64,000 nt of DNA from a virus: IMG/VR virus record IMGVR_UViG_3300022555_000010, positions 64,001 through 128,000 of that record, one strand, 5' to 3'. Below, piece by piece: positions 1 to 10,110 of this stretch. The notes below the pieces were generated by a model. That model was not told where the DNA came from and made no database searches. It was given only the letters and a program-made list of their open reading frames with translations. Made by a program: the position numbers and the translations under genes. The stretch's first letter is position 1; every line of letters starts with the position of its first letter.

Positions 1-27
1 ACTGAAAAGTTGGATGCCTGAAAGTTT

Positions 28-774
28 TTGGAAGATAAAGAAATGATATTTGCACGATATATTGGAGTTAAACAGGATTCAGGGTTTACGGTCGGGAAAG
101 TTTACCCGGCAACTCCTGAAGTCAATTCTACAGATACGGTCTATTTCGGTTTCATAGAGATTGTGAATGATGCCGGGGTAAAGGTTCGAGTAAATCCCGT
201 GATCGAGAAGGTCAAGGGGCAGAAGACTTGCCGATACGACTTCGAGTTTGTGGAAGAGGTCTATGCGGTCATCTCGAAGCCGTTTGAAGATTTGAAGATA
301 GGACAGGTCGTGGTGGTTGATGATGCCAATTCCTTTGAGGGTCCGAAGGGTGACGGGGGGACCTGGCAAAGAATCGTCTACGGGGTCAAGGGGATAGGTT
401 TCCGGTCATCTGACGGGCTTGTCCTCCTGGACAGAACCAATATATTCCCAGGAATGATCATACGGGAGGAGGCCAAGGGCCAATGGGTCAAGGTCAAGTC
501 TGTGGATGAATGTCTGTGGGTGGTCGTGGAAGGATCTGATAACAGGCGTTCCCCGGAGGAGTTCAGATTTTGTGTAGACCGGGATGGGGATATCCTGATA
601 GAACCTCTAGCGGAATGCATTGATGTTACCGGGGCTGAAGATCAAGGATTATCTCAGGGAAAGTATTATCGGGTAATCCGGGAAGAATCGTCCGACTCGG
701 GAGTTCGCGTCTTGTTCGTAATCAACGACTTAGGCAAAGAGCAGGCTTATTTAGCCTTTAGATTTCTTATTTGA
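28..774 (+). CDS. hypothetical phage protein; C-terminal segment resembles the small ORF at 14986
   Basis: 248-aa ORF; C-terminal CID..GLSQGKYYRV..VINDLGKEQAYLAFRF resembles 14986..15198. Confidence 0.7.
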   Translation: MEDKEMIFARYIGVKQDSGFTVGKVYPATPEVNSTDTVYFGFIEIVNDAGVKVRVNPVIEKVKGQKTCRYDFEFVEEVYAVISKPFEDLKIGQVVVVDDANSFEGPKGDGGTWQRIVYGVKGIGFRSSDGLVLLDRTNIFPGMIIREEAKGQWVKVKSVDECLWVVVEGSDNRRSPEEFRFCVDRDGDILIEPLAECIDVTGAEDQGLSQGKYYRVIREESSDSGVRVLFVINDLGKEQAYLAFRFLI

Positions 775-783
775 AAATACTTT

Positions 784-811
784 CCGTATTCAGGTGGGAT
801 TCCTGCAATGT
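784..811 (+). promoter_or_regulatory. phage promoter-like motif CCGTAT-N15-GCAATGT
   Basis: one of 14 intergenic copies with invariant 15-nt spacing. Confidence 0.75.
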
Positions 812-840
812 CTTGATATAGAAACAACTGGAGAATAACA

Positions 841-2058
841 ATGGCTACGGATATTAACAAGTTGGTGAGTGATGTTGAGGGACTTCTGAGTGGAAGTGAT
901 CGAATTGAGACGGACATAAATGACGCTCAGATTTCGGTAATCCTTGACGAACTGAAAAAGGCTCGGGTTCGAGTTGAGCTCAGCAAACAAGGCGTCATCA
1001 TTGATTTCCCGCAAGGGAGTTCAACGACTCTTGTCATTCGACGGGTCACGGCACAAGCGAAGAATGCGGCCGGATCGCCGCAGCCGACCGCCAAGGTTCC
1101 TGAAAAAGAAGCCAAGGCTCCAACAAAGGTTCCCACACTTAAACGGTATCAACATACCTATGTGGTTCCGAAAATTGCCACAGACTTGATTTCAATTTTG
1201 ACTGACGATGCTTCTCATGTGGTCTGGCTTACGGGTCCGACACAATGTGGTAAGGATCGTGTGGTTCATTATGTCGGGCGTGAACTTGGTCGCAAGGTGT
1301 TTCAAATCAACTGTCGCGGCGATATGGGCAGTGAGATTTTCTTCGGGGAAAAGACCATCGTTGTTGATGAGGCTACGAAGCAGAACGTGATCAGTTTCCA
1401 GAAGGGGATTGTGGAACAAGCTCTGACTGAAGGTCTTGATGCACAGGGCAACGAAGTCGGGGCACCTGGGGTCTTGTTCATTACTGAGGCGGCTTCAATG
1501 CCGGCTCATGTGGCCATCGGAATCAATCGGCTCTTGGAGTCTGATGATGCCCGCAGGACGTTTGTGATTGATCAGGACGGGGGTCGGGTGATTCGTGGGC
1601 ACAGTGGTCTTCGGATTGTCTTTGCGGCGAACACGGTTGGACGTGGGGCGACCGGGATGGAATCATCGGCTTATTCAGCTCAGGTGGATGCTCTGGATAT
1701 TTCCTTGATCAATCGTATCTCGGTTTGTTTCCGGATGGGGTATGACAAGGAAGTGGAACGGCACATCCTGGCGGAGAAGATTGGTGATGACCGGGTATCG
1801 GCGATGGTGCTGAAATTCCGTGATGCGATTCGGGACAACATTCGAACGGGCAAGTTGACTTCGCCTTTCTCTACGGCTCACATCGTTCATATCGCGGATA
1901 TGTATCGAATCTTCGGGGATATCGGGAAGGCACTCTACTATGTGGTGTTTGAATTCCTGCTCCCGGAAGAGAAGGCCATCTACAATGAGACGGCTCAGTT
2001 GATTCTGGCGAAGGATCTGCTCAAGGAATTCACGGCGAAGAACATCGACTATATGTAA
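841..2058 (+). CDS. CobS/CbbQ/NorQ-like AAA+ ATPase
   Basis: P-loop GPTQCGKD, FAANTVGRG and LINRI motifs; GGAGA RBS. Confidence 0.75.
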   Translation: MATDINKLVSDVEGLLSGSDRIETDINDAQISVILDELKKARVRVELSKQGVIIDFPQGSSTTLVIRRVTAQAKNAAGSPQPTAKVPEKEAKAPTKVPTLKRYQHTYVVPKIATDLISILTDDASHVVWLTGPTQCGKDRVVHYVGRELGRKVFQINCRGDMGSEIFFGEKTIVVDEATKQNVISFQKGIVEQALTEGLDAQGNEVGAPGVLFITEAASMPAHVAIGINRLLESDDARRTFVIDQDGGRVIRGHSGLRIVFAANTVGRGATGMESSAYSAQVDALDISLINRISVCFRMGYDKEVERHILAEKIGDDRVSAMVLKFRDAIRDNIRTGKLTSPFSTAHIVHIADMYRIFGDIGKALYYVVFEFLLPEEKAIYNETAQLILAKDLLKEFTAKNIDYM

Positions 2059-2063
2059 GATCT

Positions 2064-2630
2064 ATGAATAAGATTACGACAAAAGATTGTGTGGAGTTCA
2101 TCGTGAGGAACACGGTGCCTGGGTCTGACCCGAAGGACTGGAAGCGGGTCAGCAAGTTTTCTGATGGATTGGATATCGTCAGGATATTTCATAGTCGCAA
2201 GAATTCGAGTCTCGGTGTGACAGTCTGCGAACAGATTACAGGTGGGAATCTACGGGCAGAATTGGTGGATTTATCAAAAGATGGTAATCATAAAGCGAAG
2301 ATCACTCCCGTTGGACATCGCCGGGTCTATTATGTCATTGTTGATTTACAACCGATGGGTGATGGGATCGCACTAGCGGTCACGGATGCCGACGAATTTG
2401 ATCGTAAAGGTTGTCAGTCGGATCACACTCCACAGATCGTCTTCGAGGAATTGAAACGAATGGGATTGAATACGGCGGAATTGACTGAGTCTGTTGTGGA
2501 GTTCTGGACACCGGTGACGGCTGTCGAACTGAAGGCAAAACTGGACAGCAGTGATGTTTTCAAGTTCAGTTCGAAGTTCCATGAGTTTATGAAACAGGGT
2601 GGCGGGGATTGGACGGTGATGGACTTATGA
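2064..2630 (+). CDS. hypothetical protein
   Basis: 188-aa ORF packed after upstream gene. Confidence 0.65.
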   Translation: MNKITTKDCVEFIVRNTVPGSDPKDWKRVSKFSDGLDIVRIFHSRKNSSLGVTVCEQITGGNLRAELVDLSKDGNHKAKITPVGHRRVYYVIVDLQPMGDGIALAVTDADEFDRKGCQSDHTPQIVFEELKRMGLNTAELTESVVEFWTPVTAVELKAKLDSSDVFKFSSKFHEFMKQGGGDWTVMDL

Positions 2631-2757
2631 GTAAGATGGAAACAGTTGATATCAACAAGTGTCTTCGGAACACCTTGATGGCATATCGTAAATTGTCGGA
2701 AAAGCCCAGAGAGATCTGCGAAAGGTATCGACTGCTCGGGGCGAAAGGGTTAATCAA

Positions 2758-2943
2758 ATGAAATACGTTGTAACGGCCGAGGAGATGAATGACAAAGGAA
2801 TGTGGGTCAAATTCTGCGAGATGATGGGACTCAGTATTTGGTGTATGAATGAAGGCAAAACGAAGTCGAGTGAGGAGTTCACATTGACGGAGACACAGGC
2901 CAAGAAACTTGGGTTGGTTCGAGAGGGAGATGACGGACGATGA
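2758..2943 (+). CDS. hypothetical protein
   Basis: short ORF with ATGA overlap to next. Confidence 0.55.
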   Translation: MKYVVTAEEMNDKGMWVKFCEMMGLSIWCMNEGKTKSSEEFTLTETQAKKLGLVREGDDGR

Positions 2944-3158
2944 ATATCAAACATCACAAGATTTCGATGACGGTTGAAGCGACGACGATCACGGATGGGC
3001 TTACGGATAAAGAGATCCAAGATGCAATTCGGGCCGAACTGAAGGAGGGAAATCAAAAATTAGTCTATAAGGATTTCCCGATGCAGATTCGTCAGTCGGA
3101 CATTGAGCATGTGACGGTTCGTGATGGGAAAGTGATTTACCCGGAATCAGGCAATTAA
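2940..3158 (+). CDS. hypothetical protein
   Basis: short ORF, coupled start. Confidence 0.55.
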   Translation: MNIKHHKISMTVEATTITDGLTDKEIQDAIRAELKEGNQKLVYKDFPMQIRQSDIEHVTVRDGKVIYPESGN

Positions 3159-3170
3159 GGGAGTTGGATT

Positions 3171-4013
3171 GTGGCAATCGGAGAAGTCTTAAAAATCGGA
3201 GATGTGGTTGTGATCAACATCCCGGATGATAACTGGTCATGGGGATTCAAGCCTGTTAAGAAGCAGAAGGGAACTCTGGCCAAAGTGCTTGGATTTGGAG
3301 AGATTTGTTATTCCAGGATTCAAAATTTCGGACGCAAGCCTGGGGTCTATGTCAATCACGCATGGTTGAATGTCAAAGTTGGCAGAGGAGAGCCTTTCCC
3401 AATCTCTTCGAGTTTTGTTGATTTGAAGGATAAGGATCAGTATGTCCGGCGTGTGAAGAAATTCCGGAAGAATGGTGGTCTTGACAATGCCAATGTCTGG
3501 CTGAGAGATCTTCCGGAAATGAAATTCTGGGAAGGGGACATCGTGAAGGTGGTCAATGGTCGTCATCCCTGGGAGGGCATTGAATTTTTCAAGATCTCCC
3601 AGATTGAATACGGATACCTTGGGCAGATGAGGAATGACGGTGTGACTCCGATGCCTGAATACAGTCTTGAACCCGAAGGCAAGGGCGGTGGCCGGGTATC
3701 GATCAATGAGTCCCAGTTGGAATTGGTGGCTCGTGGGAATGTCTGGAAACATTTCAACGGTGTGAAGCCGGTCTTCAAAGACTTGAATGAGGAAGCAGAA
3801 TTCTTCATTCTACTTGGGAAGACGAGGGAAGTTCGCAACCCGATATCTGGACTCTATTCATGGACGAAAGATGAAATTCTAAAGGCGATTCAAGATGGGA
3901 CCGTGGATGGTTTCACCGGGGGGTCCAGGATCGGGACGGTATTGTTCAATGACCGGGATCTTGGCAAGAGGGTTGCAGAGGCAACATTAAAAGGTTTTGG
4001 TTTAGGGGCTTGA
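3171..4013 (+). CDS. hypothetical phage protein
   Basis: 280-aa ORF, GGGAG RBS, GTG start. Confidence 0.7.
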   Translation: MAIGEVLKIGDVVVINIPDDNWSWGFKPVKKQKGTLAKVLGFGEICYSRIQNFGRKPGVYVNHAWLNVKVGRGEPFPISSSFVDLKDKDQYVRRVKKFRKNGGLDNANVWLRDLPEMKFWEGDIVKVVNGRHPWEGIEFFKISQIEYGYLGQMRNDGVTPMPEYSLEPEGKGGGRVSINESQLELVARGNVWKHFNGVKPVFKDLNEEAEFFILLGKTREVRNPISGLYSWTKDEILKAIQDGTVDGFTGGSRIGTVLFNDRDLGKRVAEATLKGFGLGA

Positions 4014-4045
4014 CGGGAATATAAGAGCTGGTATCCTTCCGAAAT

Positions 4046-4531
4046 ATGAAGGAACCAACATTGGAGATTCCCTCTGGCTTATTCCGAAGTGCAAAACCAA
4101 TTGCACGAAATGACCGGTATGTCGTTTATCATATGCTGAACCGGATGGTGTCATTCAAGGACCCGGCAAGTGGAACGAAGGTCGCAGGATATGTGGAGGA
4201 AGTGTACCGAGACATCTTCTCGGGCGAAGTGCGGTTGACTATCCGGGGTCATGCCTTCCGTTTTAAGGAGCCTGTAATCGTTCACGAAAACACTCATGAG
4301 ATCGTCTTTATCTATGGGGACCTGGGGAAGAAGGAAGTGTCAGACAAGAAACTGTTTTCGGAGATGAAGAAAGAGCAGTTCCGGGAGACAGTCTCGGACA
4401 CGATGACTCGTCTGGAACGAAGGCAGGTCAAAGAGACGCATTTCTCGATAGGGGATAAGAGGGCAACAAGGAAAAAACCGTTCCTGATGAGGGGAATTCA
4501 GGCAGATGTTTCAATGATGGAAACGGTTTAA
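4046..4531 (+). CDS. hypothetical protein
   Basis: 161-aa ORF preceded by TTGACG-16-TATCCT sigma70-like element. Confidence 0.65.
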   Translation: MKEPTLEIPSGLFRSAKPIARNDRYVVYHMLNRMVSFKDPASGTKVAGYVEEVYRDIFSGEVRLTIRGHAFRFKEPVIVHENTHEIVFIYGDLGKKEVSDKKLFSEMKKEQFRETVSDTMTRLERRQVKETHFSIGDKRATRKKPFLMRGIQADVSMMETV

Positions 4532-4557
4532 GACATAAGTGGTTGATATTCAACAGG

Positions 4558-4590
4558 ATCGGCAGGCTCAAAAGGCTTGCCGATTTTTTT
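4558..4590 (+). terminator. intrinsic terminator
   Basis: ATCGGCAGGC/GCTTGCCGAT hairpin followed by T-run. Confidence 0.75.
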
Positions 4591-4601
4591 GTTTATTCCT
4601 T

Positions 4602-4629
4602 CCGTATTCTGGGCAAGTTTCTGCAATGT
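4602..4629 (+). promoter_or_regulatory. phage promoter-like motif CCGTAT-N15-GCAATGT
   Basis: motif copy directly after terminator. Confidence 0.75.
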
Positions 4630-4668
4630 ATAGATGTGCAGGAAAACAAACAAACTCAGGAGATGGTT

Positions 4669-5055
4669 ATGAAAAACGAGATGACAAACGAGATGACGGT
4701 GGCTCTGGCGAAGGTGATCAAGGATGCGGCGGCGAAGGATGCCTCGGGCAAGTTGGTCGCTGGGGAATACCCGGTGGATTTCACGGTGCGGGTGAAGGGT
4801 TCCCTGAAGAAGGGTGAGAATTACGAGTCCGAGATCGTGGCGAAGGCGGACCCGTGGTTGCTGTTGGCGGCGGCTCTGAGCATGTTGAACGGAGTTTCAA
4901 TGGATGCTCTGGTGGTTCGTGCGGAATTGGCCAAAGAAGAGTTGGTTGACAGTTTGAAGTTGAAGGCCGCCGAAGCGATTCAGAAGATCAAGGCGACGAC
5001 CAAGACGCCCTGTGCCGGAAAGGTTACGACCAAGTTGGCGGTCGAACTCCTGTAA
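4669..5055 (+). CDS. hypothetical protein
   Basis: AGGAG RBS before ATG 4669. Confidence 0.65.
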   Translation: MKNEMTNEMTVALAKVIKDAAAKDASGKLVAGEYPVDFTVRVKGSLKKGENYESEIVAKADPWLLLAAALSMLNGVSMDALVVRAELAKEELVDSLKLKAAEAIQKIKATTKTPCAGKVTTKLAVELL

Positions 5056-5108
5056 GGGATCAAAGGAAACCCCGGTCGAAAGGCCGGGTGTCTCTGTTTA
5101 AGGACACT

Positions 5109-5417
5109 ATGAAAAACTTAGCACAAAACATCGTGAGTCGGGAAGAGGCTTTGAAGTTGGCCCCTGACTATGTGGCCTTCGTGGAAGGGGATCACGACAA
5201 GTTTGAGGCCGTCGAGAAGAAGTTTTCCAAATTGACTCTCGGCAAGAAGGTTTTGACCTGTTCGGATGGGATCTTTGTTTTCGCCAGGGTATCGAGCATC
5301 AAGAATGACGATCCTCGGGCTATTGATGGTCCGGTGGTTCGTGTGACGAATGGGGAATTCAGTTGGCGGGTTGACGGCAATGATTATGCTTACCCGGTGC
5401 TTGGAAAGGCAATATGA
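5109..5417 (+). CDS. hypothetical protein
   Basis: AAGGA RBS; coupled to next ORF. Confidence 0.6.
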   Translation: MKNLAQNIVSREEALKLAPDYVAFVEGDHDKFEAVEKKFSKLTLGKKVLTCSDGIFVFARVSSIKNDDPRAIDGPVVRVTNGEFSWRVDGNDYAYPVLGKAI

Positions 5418-5722
5418 GTTTCAAAGTAGAGATTATCTCAATGGGTTCGGACGGGAAGACAGAAACTGGAAATCCGATCATTCGAGAATATAAGACGGCC
5501 GTGGAAGCGATGAAGGATCTTCACGATGCCATTCAAAGAAAAGAAGGCAGGAAGAGGGTCGTTATTGATAATAGTCAAAGGTATACCATTGTGATGCCAG
5601 ATGGACGGAAACTGTCAATGGTCGAAGCCTATGAGGAGACTTTCAATGAGAGTCCCGTATTGCAGAGAAATGTGTCTGATCTATTCCCGAGACTTTATTC
5701 TAAGAGACAGAAGGCGAAATAA
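5414..5722 (+). CDS. hypothetical protein
   Basis: coupled ORF. Confidence 0.6.
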   Translation: MSFKVEIISMGSDGKTETGNPIIREYKTAVEAMKDLHDAIQRKEGRKRVVIDNSQRYTIVMPDGRKLSMVEAYEETFNESPVLQRNVSDLFPRLYSKRQKAK

Positions 5723-5925
5723 TGAGTGTTACCAAAGTCATATGGCAGAATCGTAAGGGTGAACGGATGGAACACAGTATGGGTTTCAAGTGTTCTCTGT
5801 CATATGCTCGGGACTGGTTCCGGCGGAGCATTCAGGAATGTCAGGGAGTATTGAGTCTTGATGAACGCCGGGAATCAAAGTTGAACCTGGTCGGGATTAC
5901 AAACACACAGGAAGATTCAAAATGA
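5722..5925 (+). CDS. hypothetical protein
   Basis: coupled ORF (TAATG). Confidence 0.5.
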   Translation: MSVTKVIWQNRKGERMEHSMGFKCSLSYARDWFRRSIQECQGVLSLDERRESKLNLVGITNTQEDSK

Positions 5926-6155
5926 AATGGTCACTTTACAAATTGACGGATAAGGGTTGGGCCTTTGTTTACGAAGGAACGAGTGGCGATCAATGCAAGA
6001 CTGTGGCTCGTGAGACGAACAGGTCGGAATTTTCTTCGAGTCTTCGTGGCAAGTTTCTCATTCGGACACCGGTTGGTAACAATTGGATGAAGTCGGTGGA
6101 CACTGGGTCGTGGCGTATGAAGTGGGTCTATGCAGAATCAGGAGAGAATCCTTGA
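5922..6155 (+). CDS. hypothetical protein
   Basis: coupled ORF. Confidence 0.5.
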   Translation: MKWSLYKLTDKGWAFVYEGTSGDQCKTVARETNRSEFSSSLRGKFLIRTPVGNNWMKSVDTGSWRMKWVYAESGENP

Positions 6156-6408
6156 AAAAGCAAGATATGATTGACGTGATTCAGGGGACACCTGAGATGA
6201 TGCCGGTGTTCCGGGTGGTCAAGGTGTCAAAGTCATTGACACGTCTTGGGGTAGAGAAGGGTGATACGTTCTATCGGTATCTTGAAGGATGCTGGGTGCC
6301 TTTAGAGTCAAAATGTAAGTTTAATCCGGAATTATCTTATGGACAGATCGAGTTCGTGGGATATTTTGATCGGAAACCGCAACGACTGAGGGATATGGGG
6401 TTGACACG

Positions 6409-6702
6409 ATGAAAAAGTTGAAATGGAAAGATTGTCGAATTATACCGCCGAAAAATCCCAAGGGTTTATGGTCTGTTTCAAAAACGCTTTTGTTCAAGCA
6501 TAAGAACGGGAGAATCAGTATTGGTTGTGCCACTCTCAAGACAGGCGGTCAAATCAGCAAGTGGTATCCCAGGGACATTTTGGGCAATGATTCGGAGAAT
6601 CATTCGCAGCAGGATGGATGCCGTAACCCCATAGTGAAGTGGGTGAAGTGTCCGAGTATTTCAGTGATTGGCAAAGAGTTGGAGAAGGCAGGATTATTGT
6701 AG
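6409..6702 (+). CDS. hypothetical protein
   Basis: coupled ORF. Confidence 0.5.
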   Translation: MKKLKWKDCRIIPPKNPKGLWSVSKTLLFKHKNGRISIGCATLKTGGQISKWYPRDILGNDSENHSQQDGCRNPIVKWVKCPSISVIGKELEKAGLL

Positions 6703-6709
6703 GAGACTT

Positions 6710-7192
6710 ATGAATAAGAAAATCGAGATTACTTACTGGTGGAAGTGTGAGAATTTTCCGAATGGGATTCCGAAGGGACTGGAAGACCCACTTGAGCAGG
6801 CCGCAGAAGAACGAATCAAGGAAATGCAGGAAGCGGGATATGTCTCGGGGGATATGAACGCTTATGTATTCCAGGAGGGGTTTGAAGGTAAGGCGATCCC
6901 CAAGAGTTGCATACCGTCTTCAGGATTTCATTGCCGGGGCTGGTTTGACATTGTGAAGACGGACGTGGAACCGAAGGCGACGGTGGTTGAACCGAAAAAG
7001 GTGAATGTCGATGAACTTATCATTATGGAACACCTTGAGTATTTCAAGCAGGGACTGATCAGGAATGGTGCTCCCAGCACGATAGGCAGTCGTCAGGTCG
7101 AGGCGTCTTGTGGGTTCATGGATTCGTTCCGGGCATTTCGGAGTGCATTCAAAAAGGGTATGAATCTCCGGGAACTATCAAGCAGGGACTGA
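6710..7192 (+). CDS. hypothetical protein
   Basis: AGGAG RBS before ATG 6710. Confidence 0.6.
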   Translation: MNKKIEITYWWKCENFPNGIPKGLEDPLEQAAEERIKEMQEAGYVSGDMNAYVFQEGFEGKAIPKSCIPSSGFHCRGWFDIVKTDVEPKATVVEPKKVNVDELIIMEHLEYFKQGLIRNGAPSTIGSRQVEASCGFMDSFRAFRSAFKKGMNLRELSSRD

Positions 7193-7243
7193 TCACGAAA
7201 TAGTTTCATCAAAAACTTTGTGTGGAGTGGTGTATAATAAGAG

Positions 7244-7759
7244 ATGGAGGGTTCCGATATGGATTTATATCTTGGTGATGAAGTAACGTGGCAGGCTAAA
7301 GGTAGTGATTATGTTCGCACCCGGAGAGGGAAAGTCGTGGCGATTATCCCGGCAGGACATCCGGCAGTAATCCCGGAAGGCTACAAGATGGCCCCTGGGA
7401 GCTTCGGTGGTGGCAACTCTCGCGACCACGAGTCTTATGTCGTTGCTGTGGATGTGGATGCATTCTGGCCGAAGGTGAGCGATATTAAGAAGGTAAACAA
7501 GACATTGGAGCTTGCCAATGCTCTTTCAAAATTTGTCAATGGGATGGACAACAAGGTCGAAGATGTCGTGGATATCCTGGCAGGGGAGCATCGGACGCTT
7601 CAACAGGGGATCACCCGGTTCTGCGTGGCTTGGTTGGCAGAATGCGATAAGATGCAGAAAGCCGGGCATTACGACTTGAGGAATCAGGCCAGTGTTGAAC
7701 TAGGAATGAAGTTTATGGCGAGGATGACTCCCCAGGAACGGGCGATGCCGATTATTTAA
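7244..7759 (+). CDS. hypothetical protein
   Basis: 171-aa ORF after a TATAAT element. Confidence 0.6.
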   Translation: MEGSDMDLYLGDEVTWQAKGSDYVRTRRGKVVAIIPAGHPAVIPEGYKMAPGSFGGGNSRDHESYVVAVDVDAFWPKVSDIKKVNKTLELANALSKFVNGMDNKVEDVVDILAGEHRTLQQGITRFCVAWLAECDKMQKAGHYDLRNQASVELGMKFMARMTPQERAMPII

Positions 7760-7762
7760 TTT

Positions 7763-7790
7763 CCGTATCCGAGATGACTTCCCGCAATGT
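7763..7790 (+). promoter_or_regulatory. phage promoter-like motif CCGTAT-N15-GCAATGT
   Basis: intergenic motif copy. Confidence 0.7.
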
Positions 7791-7808
7791 GGTAGGGAAG
7801 GACAAAAG

Positions 7809-8030
7809 ATGAAACATATTGGAAATTGGTGTTCATGGTGTTGCACATGGGTTGATGAGAAGGATGTCATTAACAGGAATGGAGACCTGATTCATCGGCA
7901 ATGTGGTTACGCTGTCTCAAAACGAGAAAGTACCAAGCATGTTCAACCAAGTTCTCCGACTCCCGAGGTTTTAAAAGCACAAAAGGAACATCGGAGGATG
8001 TTGAAGGATTTTATAAAGGAAGCACAATGA
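7809..8030 (+). CDS. hypothetical Cys-rich protein
   Basis: ORF after promoter motif, AAGGA RBS. Confidence 0.55.
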   Translation: MKHIGNWCSWCCTWVDEKDVINRNGDLIHRQCGYAVSKRESTKHVQPSSPTPEVLKAQKEHRRMLKDFIKEAQ

Positions 8031-8260
8031 GTGAACAAAAGAATAAAAAATTTACAATGCCTCCAGTCGAGTTCAGCAACGCGATTAACATCATTCACCC
8101 GGAATGGAATGACAATTTGAATGGGCCATCGAGTTGGATTGGTTGGGAAGATTCTAAGGCGTGGAAACTTTTCAATGCAGGTCGGGCTGCTGCGGCTCGT
8201 GGTGCCGAGAGGGACCTGAAACAGTTTGCAGAACTTTGTGAGAAAGTGGTGCGACAATGA
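8027..8260 (+). CDS. hypothetical protein
   Basis: coupled ORF. Confidence 0.5.
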   Translation: MSEQKNKKFTMPPVEFSNAINIIHPEWNDNLNGPSSWIGWEDSKAWKLFNAGRAAAARGAERDLKQFAELCEKVVRQ

Positions 8261-8574
8261 AGACGATTTCCCCCGTTGATGAAACTTGCACATTCTGGCC
8301 AAAGGGGCAATGTCAGCGTCCTTTAAATGAACGTGATTCCTGTTGGAAGTGTGCCGAAGAAGCCGCCAGGAATTGTTCACTTGAAGTGGAACCAAGGAAT
8401 CCATTGGGATGTGGTCGGATACTGGCCTGGAACAGAATTTTATTGAGTTTTGACAGATTGGAGAATGTTCATTCTCTGGACCCTAATATTTATCCCGTGT
8501 GGTATCGACCGGGTAAGAGTAAGAAATACAAGGTTCCACCGGCGAATACGGTGTATGAACAACCTGTGAACTGA
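8257..8574 (+). CDS. hypothetical protein
   Basis: coupled ORF. Confidence 0.5.
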   Translation: MKTISPVDETCTFWPKGQCQRPLNERDSCWKCAEEAARNCSLEVEPRNPLGCGRILAWNRILLSFDRLENVHSLDPNIYPVWYRPGKSKKYKVPPANTVYEQPVN

Positions 8575-8576
8575 CA

Positions 8577-8999
8577 ATGGCAACAACGCTTGATAAACCC
8601 TTGATTCGTGAGACGGGACTGATTAATAATGGTCGTCCTGTCTTCGTCATGTTGATGCCGTCTGAGATAGGTGGCTCAATCATTTTCAGGGAGAAGGGTA
8701 AGAAGGGCAAGGGGATTGAGATTACCTTGCAGAAAGTCCTGGAGTCATTGACTGGGGGAGAGAAGAAGCCGGAAGAGTCGAGAATGGTTCAGAAGGTATA
8801 TGAGCCAACTCCGGAAGGTGTGGACTTGGTGAACCTGGGGACTCTGGAGACTCGGTTGATGGTGGATGGTGAGAAGGTGATGACCCCGGATGTCAAAGGT
8901 CGGGTGTTTCAGATCATCAGGGAGATTCGAGAGGAACGCAGGGAAGAAGTTGGGGCGGCACCGTTAATCACCGGAAGAATTCAGAAGGGAAAGTTATGA
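8577..8999 (+). CDS. hypothetical protein
   Basis: 140-aa ORF. Confidence 0.6.
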   Translation: MATTLDKPLIRETGLINNGRPVFVMLMPSEIGGSIIFREKGKKGKGIEITLQKVLESLTGGEKKPEESRMVQKVYEPTPEGVDLVNLGTLETRLMVDGEKVMTPDVKGRVFQIIREIREERREEVGAAPLITGRIQKGKL

Positions 9000-9346
9000 C
9001 AAATTTGAGTAAGGGTGATTGGAGATATTCAAAGGAATACCATGAGGTTACAACCTCTCGGGTTGGGATCATCGAAGGAAGCAAGGAGATTTGCAGTTTA
9101 GCCACTTTCGACAAGTCGAAGGAAGAAGTGGAGGCGAATGGTCTGGCGATTGCGGCTGTCCCGGATATGGTCGCCTTTCTGGAGAATGTTACATTTCTTG
9201 ATGACCTGGATGACGGGGCTGATGCCGATGAGAAATTGGCGGCATTGAGATCTAAGGCTTCGAATATTTTGAACAAGATCTCGGGAAAGGGATGGCATGA
9301 AGAGGAACAAGGTAATCTTGGTTCGGGGAATTTCAGGATCTGGTAA
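8996..9346 (+). CDS. hypothetical phage protein
   Basis: coupled ORF with EANGLAIAAVPDM motif common in phage small proteins. Confidence 0.55.
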   Translation: MTNLSKGDWRYSKEYHEVTTSRVGIIEGSKEICSLATFDKSKEEVEANGLAIAAVPDMVAFLENVTFLDDLDDGADADEKLAALRSKASNILNKISGKGWHEEEQGNLGSGNFRIW

Positions 9347-9776
9347 GTCTACGCAGGTTTTTGCTTTGAGGAAGAAATATGAGATGAACACGGGGACTGG
9401 GCCAGACTTCGTGACCTGTAGTGCCGATTACTTCTTCATGGACAGAGGGATTTACAATTTCGATCCGATTCGCCTTGGACAGGCTCATTCGTGGTGTCTG
9501 TCGAGTTATGTGGATGCCATCATGAAACGGACAAGTGTGATCGTGGTGGACAATACTTTCATTCATCACTGGGAGATGAAGAACTACCTTGAGGCGGCAC
9601 GGTTGGCAGGACATTACGATGTTGAGGTTCAAGAGATTCAGGTGAAGACGGTTGAGCAGTTAAAGACCTGTGTTCGCCGGAATACTCACAAGGTTCCTGG
9701 GGAAATCATTTTCCGGATGGCAATGGAATTTGATCCGTGGCCTGGGGCGACAATTATCCCATTCGGAGGCAAGTAA
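9297..9776 (+). CDS. AAA_33 / N4BP2-like P-loop (polynucleotide) kinase
   Basis: LVRGISGSGKST, CSADYFF, VIVVDNT, RNTHKVP motifs. Confidence 0.8.
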   Translation: MKRNKVILVRGISGSGKSTQVFALRKKYEMNTGTGPDFVTCSADYFFMDRGIYNFDPIRLGQAHSWCLSSYVDAIMKRTSVIVVDNTFIHHWEMKNYLEAARLAGHYDVEVQEIQVKTVEQLKTCVRRNTHKVPGEIIFRMAMEFDPWPGATIIPFGGK

Positions 9777-10021
9777 TGATTGTCGCTGTTCTTGAGCATT
9801 CGCATAGGCACGGGACAGATGTCAAAGTGGCCTTGGTTGATTCCAGGGCTTCGATGGACAATGAGGAAGCCATTAAGAAGGCGATGGTCAAAACTTACGG
9901 GATTGATTTCGAGAAAGATCGGGATGAAACCCTGGAGTTGAGATTGTATGGCCGGGAGGAGATCAAGACGATTAAGATTGATCTTCCGGCAGAGATCCCT
10001 GAGAAGAATTTGAGAAAATAA
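9776..10021 (+). CDS. hypothetical protein
   Basis: coupled ORF. Confidence 0.5.
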   Translation: MIVAVLEHSHRHGTDVKVALVDSRASMDNEEAIKKAMVKTYGIDFEKDRDETLELRLYGREEIKTIKIDLPAEIPEKNLRK

Positions 10022-10030
10022 ATATTCCTT

Positions 10031-10058
10031 CCGTATTCTGGGCAAGTTATGGCAATGT
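10031..10058 (+). promoter_or_regulatory. phage promoter-like motif CCGTAT-N15-GCAATGT
   Basis: intergenic motif copy. Confidence 0.75.
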
Positions 10059-10110
10059 GTAGGTATAAGAGGCATTTGGGCAAGTTAAACAAACAACTGG
10101 AGATATAGGC

